Source: Paraspadella gotoi | Taxonomy: Eukaryota; Animalia; Chaetognatha | Length of the DNA stretch: 64,000 nucleotides | Assembly (NCBI GenBank): GCA_051294375.1 | Contig: CM119270.1 | Coordinates: 3,343,436-3,407,435 of the forward strand | Direction of reading: 5' to 3' | Shown here: positions 26,101-50,122 of the stretch, in pieces | How positions within the stretch are numbered: the first letter of the stretch is position 1 | Layout of the letters: every line of letters begins with the position of its first letter | Position numbers and translations under genes: made by a program | The notes under the pieces: generated by a model | What the model was told of the DNA's origin: nothing | Databases searched by the model: none | The model's input: the letters and a program-made list of their open reading frames with translations, nothing else

Positions 26101-27618
26101 AGAGTTTTCAATCTTCATCTAAATCGTCTGTGAACGCGAGTTTCGCGTCACCAAAAACATCTTCTTATCAACGGAGACGCGAGACGGTTGCCACACTCGT
26201 GTGGGGGGGGGGGAAAGGGAAGCGGCGTGGTGAGCGGGGCGTCGCCAGGGAGCGTCAATCGCCGAAATACCAACGTTGCCACGTGATAAATTAAAGAGAT
26301 TAAAAGGAAATTAATATGGCGGTGATATTCATCGTCTGTAATCCTTTCGCTTCAATGAGGAGAAACACAGAAATGCAATGCTACGACTACAAGCAAGGAC
26401 ATTGACGTCAACAATACAAGCAATACCATAATGCAAGCATTACAATCTACCCCCGAAGAAAGAAGCAATTCGTCAGGTATTCCGCCGAATCCTAATATAT
26501 CGTGACTCTTGGTTTCAGTATTAACGCATTCACAGCATCTCACCGCATTCACTCGCGTCATTTCGTGACGTCCAAACGTCAATCCAGCCTTAATGGACCC
26601 TGAGACGAAACGCGTCACCGACGAATGCGTGAATTGGACCAAAATGATTACCCCTGAGTGTGACGCAGTACGGAAAGACTTTCGTTCGTTTCATCGTCGT
26701 CGTCGTCGTCATCGTCGTCGTCGTCGTAACATAATAACAAAAGGAAAAAAAAAAGAAACTGCCAAAACAAAGGTTCAGGCTTTATTTTCCCAGACCGCCC
26801 CATTTTATCTTAAATTCCGGTTAGTGGTGAGGGTTAGGGATTAAGTCAGGGATTTGGTTAATAATTAGGGTTAGGAAACTGGTTTGTGATTTGGGTTAGG
26901 GATATATATATATATATATATATGTTTGATCTTGTATCTAAAATAACCTAAAGTCGCTCGGCCACGAATTTGAATGTTTAGCGAGGTTAAAAACATGTAT
27001 TGACATCAAGTATAAGCACGAATAAACAGATTAAAATCAATTTAAAAACAACTTAAAAACAAGGTAAAAACAGATTAAAAACAAAGTAAAAACAGATTAA
27101 AAACAAGGTAAAAATCGTGCATCGCAATAGTAATAACCTCCACTGGGTTTTAAAAACGGTTGGCCGTCTATATTACAAGATCATATGCGACTCTGATGAA
27201 ACTACGACCAACGCGTTTCCTCAATGGCTGCGCGCGGAAACCGCGGTAAAAAAGGTAGAAATATCTTCTCCCAATTCTCGACGGTGATTGGTCGAGGCCC
27301 GCCAATCCAGGACCGCAGGGAAGAAGCTTGCATTTTGCGATCCAAAACGCGAAGGGGAACCGCGCGGCCCAACACAGATACAATATATTAGTTAGGGAAA
27401 AACTAACAGAAATGGGACACACTTAGAAAAGAGAGCCAAAGTTTAGTTCTGCGACGACGTGACGTCGCGTGACCCAAGAGGTTTCTTGAGCGTTGAAGAA
27501 AAACAAAAAAAAAAATTGTGACGTAAAAAGCGTGGCATGTCTGGCATGGTAAGGCATGCTGGGAATGCGATGGCATTCATCACGCGACCGCGACCGAAAA
27601 TTAATTAGACGGGAGGCT

Positions 27619-27715
27619 AATGGCGAATGGCAGATGGCAGATGGCGAATGGCAGATGGCAGATGGCGAATGGCAGAAGGCAGATGGCGAATGTCAGATGG
27701 CGAATGGCAAATGGC
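27619..27715. repeat. ATGGCAG/ATGGCGA heptamer-based minisatellite
   Basis: Directly visible; explains the spurious MANGRWQ-type ORFs. Confidence 0.85.
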
Positions 27716-28142
27716 AGTTGGAAGGAAAGTCAAAATCTCTCGGTTTCTTTCGGCGATGGAACTCGACCATCTGCTCCGAACCCATTTTCATTTTTCTTTT
27801 TTAAATCAAATGACTTAATTTCTGATTCTTTTGCACGAAATCATTTTCTTTCGTCGAAGCAGGTTAAAGGACACGCGCCCACAAGAGGCGCACACCGACG
27901 CCCACAACTACTACCCACACTCGCGTCCAACCCACAATCTTGTCCTATTAGCTCTCTCATGAAATATTCTAATATCTTGTGATGTCTTTTAAAATCTTGA
28001 AATATCTTGTATTATCGTAAAATCTCGTAATATTTTGTTATCGATAAAAACATTTTTTTGTGATAAGAACACATGGAAACCTCGACCCACGCCCCCCCAC
28101 GCCCACCCCCTCCTCAATCACATCCCCTCGTCTTCCACTCAC

Positions 28143-28367
28143 CTGAAAGTGTGGGCTGGAGACGCACTTGGCGATCTGCCTGAAGAGCGGCTCCTGGATC
28201 CGCTGGAACTGAGGCGGTTCGATCACGTCGAGGATCTCCTCCACTTCCCCCAGGAACATCACCTCCTTCTGGCTGCAAGTCTTCGGCCAGAACTTCAACA
28301 ACCCCTTGATCACCGGCTCCGTCAATGTCGGGTCTTTCTCGAGAAATTGCACGACGCAATAGGCCAA
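28143..28367 (-). CDS. PPP2R5: PP2A B56 exon
   Basis: 225 bp, CAG|...|GTGAGT; [51 protein letters not shown]...CVSSPHFQ. Confidence 0.95.
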
Positions 28368-29225
28368 CTGGAGTTGGGGGGGAGAGAGAGGGGGAGAAGA
28401 GGGAGGGGAGGAAAGAGGGAGGAGGGAGAAGAAAGAGGGAGGGACGAGAGAGGGGGAGAGAAAAGAGGAAGGGAGGAGAGAAAGAAGGAGACAGAGGTAG
28501 AGAGGAAAGGAGGGAAAGGGAGGGAGATGTGAGGGAGGGAAGGAAGGAAGAGGCAGTAGGGAGAGAGGAAAGAAAAGAAGGAGAGGGAGAAGAAAGAGAG
28601 GAAGAGGGAGATGGAGGGAGGAGGGAGGGGGGGAAGTAGGGCGGGAGAGGGAGGGAAGGACGAATGGAGGGAGAGGATAAAATTGATTGAAAATATTTTT
28701 ATATTGAAATTTTTAAAATTTTAAAACAATTTTTTTTTAGGTTGAGCTTTCGAGGCGAGGAAAGAGAGAAGCGAAAACTAAAGAGAGAGATTAAATTAGG
28801 AGATAAGATTAGATAAGATTAGATAAGATTAGATAACATTAGATGGCGTTAAACAAGAAACTCGCTGTCAGAATTTAACTCTTCGATTTAATGCGATTGC
28901 GATAAAGATGGAGCTAACGGGCCGTTTCGCTTTACACCTTCAATTTCGAGTTGCAAGTGTCGACTCTCTCTCTATCCGGGAAGAGAAAAAAAAGGAGGGA
29001 GTGGATAATAACAAGAAAAAAAGAAAAAAGAGGGAAGGGAAAGGACAAGCGAGGGGCGGGGACAGAAAACAAAAATGAAAACAAAACAAAACAAGATCCT
29101 TATCCTAAATTGGAGAAAAGGAGAGAGAGACAAAAGAGGAGGAAGAGGAGAAAGAGGAGGAAGAGACGACGTTGTAACGGCTTGGGGTCTCTTTGGAGAA
29201 ATGGGCGATGAGATCTCTCTCTCTC

Positions 29226-29329
<104 letters not shown>

Positions 29330-29468
29330 TCTCTCTCTCTCTCCAAGTTCTTTACCGGTTCCTCTTTTGGATCCTACGTCCGTTGAAGGTGACTCACAAT
29401 GTCTTTCATCTCTTCCGAGGAAAAAGAGATAATAGACTATGTCAGACGAGAGAGAGAAGACGAGAGAG

Positions 29469-29505
<37 letters not shown>

Positions 29506-29608
29506 CAGGAGGAAATTAAAGGAAGCATTCCAGAAACAAGCTTAAAAAATGTCGGAGAGTAAAGAAAGATTTGTTTCCATTTTGTTATTGTGATGCGGCT
29601 GCAGAAAC

Positions 29609-29669
<61 letters not shown>

Positions 29670-30027
29670 AGAGAGATAAATAAAAAAATCAATGAAATGG
29701 AAGCATCGCTAATCGGATTAAGAAAAGAAGGAAACCATAAGTCTTTTGTTTTTTTTTACTGTTGAAATCGTCGTAGTCGTTGTTGTCGTCGTTGTTGTCG
29801 TCGTTTTCCTCTTTATTTCCTGAAGCCAACGATAAAGATGTTCCAATTATCGAGATTCGAAAACCTTAAAAGGATCTCTCTCTCTCTCTCTCTCGGTCCG
29901 GAGATATACGGAGATATACGGTCTCGATAAACTCTCCGGGTCCACGCGAAAAGAGACAGATAGAGAGCGAGACGCCCAGCCTCACGTCGACGTCGTCTCA
30001 CCGTCTCACATTCTCGATTTCACTTAC

Positions 30028-30136
30028 TTGAGCGTGATAAAGACTCAAACATTTGACTTTGTGAAGGGGAATTAAAACACGGATGAGAAACTGCTTGTGC
30101 TCCGGTTTCAGCGGAAGGGCAAACCCGTTGATAATG
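30028..30136 (-). CDS. PPP2R5: PP2A B56 exon
   Basis: 109 bp, GCAG|...|GTAAGT; (S)[36 protein letters not shown], phases fit both neighbours. Confidence 0.95.
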
Positions 30137-30689
30137 CTGCGAGGGAGAAAAAGGGAGGAAATACAATAATTAATAGATTAATAAATTAATAAATAACTCG
30201 TTTATATCTTAATTCATTCATTCATTTATTCATTCATCTTTCATTATTCATTTATTTATTTATTCATTAGTTAATTAATTTATTTAATCATTTATTGATT
30301 GATTCATTCATTCATCCATCATTCTTTTATGTATTAATTTATTCATTCATTCATTTAATAGTTTTTTCATACATTTATTCATTTGTTTCATTCATTTTTC
30401 CTTTTAATAACGCACTCTTCAAAAAAATAAAAATAAAAAAAAACAACTGTATCCCAACCAAATAACAATTTGCTTTGCAAACATCTTTCCGTAACTATGG
30501 AAACAGATCGAAAGTATCGAGACCGGGAGACGCAGATGCAAAACGTGGGCGAGTAAATTAAGTGGCTAAGTGCAAAATCGACGCTGCATCTGCATAGCGG
30601 ATGCCAACACTTTTTTTTAGCCAACACCTGAGGCAGAAACGGAGTTAGTGAACGCAACTCACGAGTGAATCACATCACGTGATAAAAAA

Positions 30690-31111
30690 GTGAATAAGGG
30701 GCTAAGTGGGCTAAAGAGTGTTATACGCAACTACTTTAACCCCTTCTAGCAGCCAGGGAACGGGTCCTGGGCTTGGAATCAGTCTTGATGGTTTAACATG
30801 CACCCAATCGGTTTACGGCCGTCCTCACGTTTCCCGCAGGGTATCATCGGTACCTTATGGTCATAAGCTGATGGTATTATTGTGGATAAGGCGCTAAGTG
30901 GGCTGAAGCTGACTACCCGTAACTTCTATAACCCCATCTAGCAGCCATGAAACGGGTCCTGGGCTCGGAACCAGGCTTGAGGGTTTTCCACGCCGCCAAG
31001 GCGGTTTACGGCCGTCCTCACACTTCCCGCAGGGTAGGTACCGGGTTGGGATTGAACCCGGTACGTAGTGGTCATGAGATGATGGCTTTACTCAATGAGC
31101 CACCGGGTCAC
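30690..31111 (-). mobile_element. Tandem pair of tRNA-derived SINE-like elements
   Basis: Minus strand starts GTGACCCGGTGGCTCATTGAGT (A-box-like) ... GGGTTCAATCCC (B-box). The body is repeated (30880-31111 and 5'-truncated 30690-30880), and a diverged copy sits at 49501-49710. Confidence 0.7.
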
Positions 31112-31503
31112 GACTGAAGGTGTCATGCTTATAGGCGGGGTGAACCTATGCTATGCCCGACTACATTATCTCAATGAATCACCGGACTAAAGGAGTCATT
31201 CAGACAGGGTGAACTTATGCTATGCCCGACCACAAAAATACTACTATGAAATGATGTAATCATTAAATTGACGTATATCAATCATAAAATGAAGCCGGGG
31301 AGATAATGAAATAAAGAGAATGAAATGAAGAGAAAATGAGGGAAAATGAAAAGAAGAAGAAAGAAGAAGAAGAAAGAAGAAAGAAGAAGAGAATAAGAAG
31401 AAGAAAGAAGAAGAAGAAGAAGAAAGAAGAAGAAGAAGAAAAAATGGTTTCGACTTCGGACGTCGGAAGAAAAGATAATTGAACGAAGACGGAAGCTAAA
31501 TCT

Positions 31504-31573
<70 letters not shown>

Positions 31574-32235
31574 AAACGGATTAAAGTGACAACAATAGAG
31601 ACGGAGGAAGAATGACAAGACGATGACGACGACGACGACGACGGAATGAAGACAAAGAAAACGATGACGATGACGACGGGAGCCTTTCAAATCAAGTCAA
31701 GTCTAGAGGATGATGATGACGAAGAATATGACATCGATGTCAATGACGACGACGACGATGAACGCGACGACGGTCAGATGGAAGAGAAGTCTCGCAATGT
31801 CCACCGAGTCAACGATGACAAGATCGACCAAAATAAAAACAGGAGACATCAACGCGGATGGAGTCAACAAAATTATATTGACGAGAAGATGGCGCGCGAG
31901 TCGATGGCGGAAATTAAAAAAAAAAATTAAAATGAAAATATTCGAATTAAAATTTGAAAAAATTGAAAAAAAAAAAAAAGAAAAGAAAAATAATTTTGGA
32001 AGAAGCGAAAAATTGAATTCTAAGGATGAGAACAAAGATGTCGATGACAACGAGGATAAAGATGACAAGGACGATGAGGATGATAACGAGGATAAGGATG
32101 ACAACGACGAACACTCCATCGGGCAAGTCGTCGCTTTACTTGTGCTAATTAGAAATATTTTCATCATAATTTTTTTAATTAGACCTAGGAAACGGAAATC
32201 AGGAAAAAAAAGACGAAAGAGAGAGAGACAGAGAG

Positions 32236-32270
<35 letters not shown>

Positions 32271-32561
32271 TGAGAGAGAAGAGGAGAGAGAGAGAGAGAG
32301 ACGAGAGAGAGACGAGAGGAGAGAGAAGAGAGAGAGAGAGAGAGTCTTCGCGTTCTTCACTTTCAGTCTTTTTTTTCCAAAGTGAACAAAGTTCCGCCCA
32401 CGAATCTCCGAGAAAGGCCACGCCCACTCATTCCCTCTATTTCAACGTCGACGACGAAACGAATCAAGACTAAAATCTTCTTTTTTTTTCTTTCGCAAAG
32501 AGATCCTTTAAACCGATACTTAACTCGATCGTTCTGCCCAGAATCCCTATGATAGACGTTA

Positions 32562-32927
<366 letters not shown>

Positions 32928-33614
32928 TTAAAAAACAAAAATGAAATAAAAAGGATGAAGGGATGAAGAAGGCGGGTTAAGGTAAGTTAACCTTACTGCG
33001 GTTTCAGGTCGAGATCTAAAAGAGGGAAGTCGTACAAGAGTGATCCTTTAGAAAATCTCCCCTCTGCCTTTTTGAAAAAAAAAAACTCCCGTTTAAAACT
33101 AAAGGAAGAATGAACTCAATTTGAATGTTTAGGTCGTTAGGAATCAAGAGGGAAAAAAGAGGGCGGAAAAAAGTAGAGGGAAAAAAAGGAAAATAAAGGG
33201 AAAAAAAGAATCGAAAGGTAAGAAAAAAAAAACTGGCGACGTTTCGAGTGAAAAAAAAAAAACGTATAAAAGAAAAAAATTGAATAAGAAAAAGAAAGAA
33301 TGAAAACGAAAAAAGGAGAAAAAAAAATTGAAAAAAAAAAAAAATTGTCCGAATGTAAGAACAAATTCAAAATCAAATTACATTGAACGGATTCATAAAA
33401 AACAAATTAATTAACAAATGTAGAGTATGAAAAGGAGATTTTCATGCAAATGAAAAGACTGAAAACAAATATAAGTAAAGAAAAAACATATTAACAAATG
33501 AGAAAAAAGGGGAAAAAATGTTTAAAATCGGGATATAAAAGGTGACGGCGATAAAGTTGAATTAAGGGAAAATAGACTTGAGTCGTTATTGGATTAAGAG
33601 ATGAGAGAGGAGAG

Positions 33615-33648
<34 letters not shown>

Positions 33649-34321
33649 AGAGCGAGAGAGAGAGACGCAGAGAGAGATGACGAGAGACCCAGAAGACGAG
33701 AGAGACTAAAAAGAGAGGGATCTCAAGAAAATTGTTTTTTATAATAAAGAAGAGAGGTGGAGTCAGGATTTCAGATCAAGAGGTCAAAATATTTTTTCGG
33801 CTCAAAACAAAAATTCTGTTTTGAGGAAAACAGAATTAAAGAAAACAAAACAATAAACATGTGAAAAATGATTTTTTTAAATCCGAGGATATAAAAATGA
33901 AAGAAACAAAACAAAAAGAAACATAAAAAAAAGTAAAGGATTGAAAGGAGGTAAGGTCGAACTATGGCGACCTCTCTCTGGCATCTCGAGAAAACTGNNN
34001 NNNNNNNNNNNNNNNNNNNNNNTTTTCAAAAACGCTGCAATCGGGTTGTGTTTGTCAGGATAGCAGAGAGAAGAAGAGTGAGAAAGGATGAGAGAGAGAG
34101 AGATAGAGGATAGATGATGAGAGAGGAGAGAGAGAGAGAGAGAGAGAAGAGAGAGAGAGAAGACAGAGAGAGACGAGAAGATAAAAACATTTTTGTTTGG
34201 TTGAATATTAAAGTTGGACGAACGTTGGTTTTAGAAAAATTCTAAAAAAAAGAGAAAATGGTAAAGTTCGTTGAGATGAGAGCAGGAAAGGAAAACGAGA
34301 GAGAGAGAGAGGAGAGAGAGA

Positions 34322-34381
<60 letters not shown>

Positions 34382-34557
34382 TCTCTAAATATCGAAATTG
34401 AAATAAAAAAGTGATTCCACGATCGCACGCCCTTCCCTTCCCAACTGCTGCTTCCAACTCTGGTGACGGACTCATCCCTATCCACTCGACCTTACCCCAC
34501 TCGCTGCCCCTTCATTACCTCCCCCTCTCCCTCTCCCTCCCCCCAGCCACTCCAAAC

Positions 34558-34649
34558 CTGCAGGACAAACTTCTGGTCAATGTATTTCTTTCCTATGCTG
34601 GGTGAAAGTCCGCAGTTTCAAGAAATCGTAAGAAGAATTCGTACACGAT
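34558..34649 (-). CDS. PPP2R5: PP2A B56 exon, 1 bp short in this assembly
   Basis: TCAG|...|GTTTGG; [15 protein letters not shown][Q][15 protein letters not shown]. It is 92 bp here where 93 are needed; the partial copy at ~35022-35100 has the missing base. Confidence 0.88.
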
Positions 34650-34834
34650 CTGAGAAATAACACAAGTTAAAAAAAACATCAACAATTATTATTATTATTG
34701 TATATAACGCGTAAAAAAAAGTGAGAGAAAAATTTAATAGAAAAAACCGAACGATAAAAAACTTATTTATGGTATCAATATAATTTTTTTTAAAAAAAGC
34801 GGATAACTCATGCTGACTTGATTAACTAGTGGGA

Positions 34835-34920
<86 letters not shown>

Positions 34921-35021
34921 ATTAGAGCGTTCTTATTTATTTCCCACTCATATGTATGAATTTCTGGCTGGAGTCCAATTTTTTCGATTTTCAAATAAAC
35001 AAATTCAGGTTTGATTTGACT

Positions 35022-35315
35022 TTCTGGTCAATGTATTTCTTTCCTATGCTGGGTTGAAAGTCCGCAGTTTCAAGAAATCGTAAGAAGAATTCGTACACGA
35101 TCTGAGAAATAACACAAGTTAAAAAAAACATCAACAATTATTATTATTATTGTATTATAACGCGTAAAAAAAAGTGAGAGAAAAAATTTAATAGGAAAAA
35201 ACCGAACGATAAAAAACTTATTTATGGTATCAATATAATTTTTTTTAAAAAAAGCGGATAACTCATGCTGACTATTGATTAACTAGTGGGAGGAAGAGAG
35301 AGAGAGAGAGAGAGA

Positions 35316-35317
<2 letters not shown>
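35022..35317 (+). repeat. Direct duplicate of ~34571-34860 at the centre of the large palindrome
   Basis: Same sequence as 34571 onward with scattered extra bases; ends at the (GA)n/(TC)n fold-back point ~35317. Confidence 0.9.
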
Positions 35318-46850
<11,533 letters not shown>

Positions 46851-48363
46851 TTTANNNNNNNNNNNNNNNNNNNNNNNNNAGAGAGAGAGAGAGAGAGAGA
46901 GATTAAGAGCGTTCTTATTTATTTCCCACTCATATGTATGAATTTCTGGCTGGAGTCCAATTTTTTTCGATTTTCAAATAAACAAATTCAGGTTTGATTT
47001 GACTTTCGAATCATCAAACGATAAGAATGGCAAAGAAAGGACAAAAATGACACTAGGGCAAGAATGACAATGAGGACAAGAATGACACTGAGGACAAAGA
47101 TAGCGCCAAGGACAAGGATGACTCCGAGGACAATGATGATTCCAGGAAGAATGCCAGTGGATTGAAATGCCGCACGTAAAAATGTGACTTTGATTTATTG
47201 CTCTCATTTTCTAATCTTTACCCATTATCACGTAATCATAAAATTGTATAATAATTATCTAATTTGCTAATGACGAAATCCGCGTTGCGCAATAATCGCC
47301 GCAACTTTTTTGGTTTAATAATAAATGTTGTTTTTTTTTCAAGCTTCGTTTCGAGAAACTATCCGAATTTTGAAATCATATCGTAAGAGTGTGAGATTGT
47401 CAGAAAGAGAGTGAGAGCGAGCAATAAGTAGCAAGATGGCGATCCCCCTTCACCGTCGGGTGTCGGAACTTGACGTAAAATCGAGAAGAAACTACTTTTT
47501 CTCGCCACCAGAGGCTTCCCAGCGCGAAAAGCCAAAAGACGCCATAAAAAGGTTAAAAAAAAAAGACAAAANNNNNNNNNNNNNNNNNNNNNNNNNNNNN
47601 NNNNNNNNNNNNNNNNNNNNNNNNNNNNNNNNNNNNNNNNNNNNNNNNNNNNNNNNNNNNNNNNNNNNNNNNNNNNNNNNNNNNNNNNNNNNNNNNNNNN
47701 NNNNNNNNNNNNNNNNNNNNNNNNNNNNNNNNNNNNNNNNNNNNNNNNNNNNNNNNNNNNNNNNNNNNNNNNNNNNNNNNNNNNNNNNNNNNNNNNNNNN
47801 NNNNNNNNNNNNNNNNNNNNNNNNNNNNNNNNNNNNNNNNNNNNNNNNNNNNNNNNNNTTCTCTTCTCTTCTCTTCTCTTCTCTTCTCTTCTCTTTCACG
47901 AGTTCAATTTTCTTTTTTTCCTCTCCTTGTCTACCTTATCTTTCTTGTCTCCAAGTCTCAATTCATTTGCTTCAACTGATCCACTTCGAGCCTTCATCCA
48001 TCTTTCTCTCTTCTCCTTTCATTTTCTCTTTTTTCATTACTTCTTCCTTTGTTCTCTTTTTTCTTTCTTTCTCTTCCTCACCAAAAAAAAACCCCTGTTT
48101 CTCACCGGATCGATTTCTGAGAAAAGAGAATCAATTTCTAAGAAATAAGAATCCGATTCGAAATGAAATGCTTGCCATCGAGAGTAGACAACATCAACGA
48201 TCGGTCGGTCGGTCGGCCTCGTGAATACGAAATGACCTTTAAACTCGGCGGTCGACATAGAAGCGGAACAATTCCCTGGCACCGCGCTCTATCTGTCTAT
48301 CCGTCAAGTAAAATCCGTCCGTCCGTCCGTCCGTCCGTCCGTCCGTCCGTTTCAATCCCTCAC

Positions 48364-48465
48364 CTGCAGATGAGGCCAGGACGCCTCCAGTGTTGGATCA
48401 TCCTCTTCCGGGTCGAAGTCTGGGTTGTCGGATGGCGGCAAAGTGCGAAATATGTTGCAGGCGAT
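48364..48465 (-). CDS. PPP2R5: PP2A B56 exon
   Basis: 102 bp, ACAG|...|GTGAGG; [34 protein letters not shown]. Confidence 0.95.
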
Positions 48466-48697
48466 CTGTAGCAAAAAAAGAACAATGTTTGTAGGAAAAA
48501 AAGAACAATGTTTGTAGTTAGAAGAATATACGGTTATTATTTCCCCAAAAATAGAATGCTGAGGTCCATACAAGCGATTGTTTCAAATATCCAAAACAAA
48601 AACTATCAATCAATTATCTTCAATCACAATGAAGCTCTTCCATAGAACCTAAACTGTCAGTCAGTCAGTCAGACAGGCAACCAATTCCAAACTCAGA

Positions 48698-48737
<40 letters not shown>

Positions 48738-49500
48738 GTCATCAACTCAACAAACGACGTCATTTTCAAAAAAAAAAGTCACAACGAAATCAATTCGCCC
48801 GTGAATCTCTCACGCTTTATAAAACTGTGACGACGACGAAGCGAAAATATCACAAAAATTTGTCAAATATGTCAAACGATCCGACAGTTCGGGGGCGGCG
48901 GGGGGGGGGTGTGGAGGAAACTGCGATGGCGGCGACGACGACGACGACGACGAGGGCATCGACTCCGCATCAAAACCAAATCCGATTCTCAATCAGACGA
49001 ATCGGTTTTGGAAGAAAAGTTAATTTTAGAATGAAATTACATTCTCTAACGTTTTGCAACCAGAATCACATAATCCCTCCGTATTCAAAGCCCATCTCGC
49101 CATTTCCAGTGCCACTCCCGTTCTACCATCTTGCTATTTCCAGTGCNNNNNNNNNNNNNNNNNNNNNNNNNNNNNNNNNNNNNNNNNNNNNNNNNNNNNN
49201 NNNNNNNNNNNNNNNNNNNNNNNNNNNNNNNNNNNNNNNNNNNNNNNNNNNNNNNNNNNNNNNNNNNNNNNNNNNNNNNNNNNNNNNNNNNNNNNNNNNN
49301 NNNNNNNNNNNNNNNNNNNNNNNNNNNNNNNNNNNNNNNNNNNNNNNNNNNNNNNNNNNNNNNNNNNNNNNNNNNNNNNNNNCCGTTTCCAGTGCCACTC
49401 CCTTTCTACCATCTCACCATCTCCAACCATCCCAATATTCCACTTCTCTTCTCTTCTGTCCTACCCAGCTTACTGTATGTTCACACCCGCCCATAAGGAT

Positions 49501-49710
49501 GTGACCCGGTGGCTCATTGAGTAATACCATCAGCTCGTGACCATTAGGTACCGGGATCGTTCCCAAATGGTACCTACACCGCGGGAAGCATGAGCACCGC
49601 CGTAAACCGGCTTGAGGGCGTGGTTCCAAGCCCAGGATCATTGCTGCTAGAGGGGGCACAGAAGATTCGGATGGTAGTCTTCAGCCTACCTAGCGCCTTA
49701 TCCACATTAC
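49501..49710 (+). mobile_element. tRNA-derived SINE-like element, same family as 30690-31111
   Basis: Identical 5' start GTGACCCGGTGGCTCATTGAGTAA and shared 3' end AGCGCCTTATCCACA, with internal substitutions and deletions. Confidence 0.7.
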
Positions 49711-49925
49711 CTCTACCATCACGCCATCTTCAACCTCTCTACATTTTTACCAACTAACCATCATTCTAACTTCAACTTCTCTCCCTTTTTACCTTCTAAC
49801 CATCACGCCATCTTCAACTTCTCTCCCTTTTTACCATCTAACCATCTTGCCACCTCCACCCGATCCCCCCTCCACCATCTCGCCACCTCCAAAACCCCCC
49901 TTCCCTTATTCTCCCTTCCTCTCAC

Positions 49926-50122
49926 CATCTTGACGATCTCCGGATAGGCGGGCTCGGTGAGCACCCCTCTCCCAGCGGTGATGTAGTCGACGAGCTCGTT
50001 GAGCGTGGCCCGCTTGATCTCCTTGCTCTTCAGGTCGGACACGGGGTCCATGAAGTCGAACACGGTGCAACATTGCTGCAGCTTCTGAATGAACAGCCCC
50101 TGCTGCTCGTTGGGGGCGGTGT
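49926..50122 (-). CDS. PPP2R5: PP2A B56 exon, most 5' exon found
   Basis: 197 bp, GCAG|...|GTGAGA; (D)[65 protein letters not shown], resembling the alpha/beta/epsilon (widerborst) subgroup. Confidence 0.95.

Noticed and set aside
31040-31111. Functional tRNA gene
   Set aside because: Only A/B-box similarity; no complete acceptor stem, and it continues into a dispersed repeat body, so SINE-like.
31646-32273. Asp/Thr-rich ORFs, also at 51425-52150
   Set aside because: Degenerate GAC/GAT trinucleotide repeats in introns; no supporting splice structure or homology motif.
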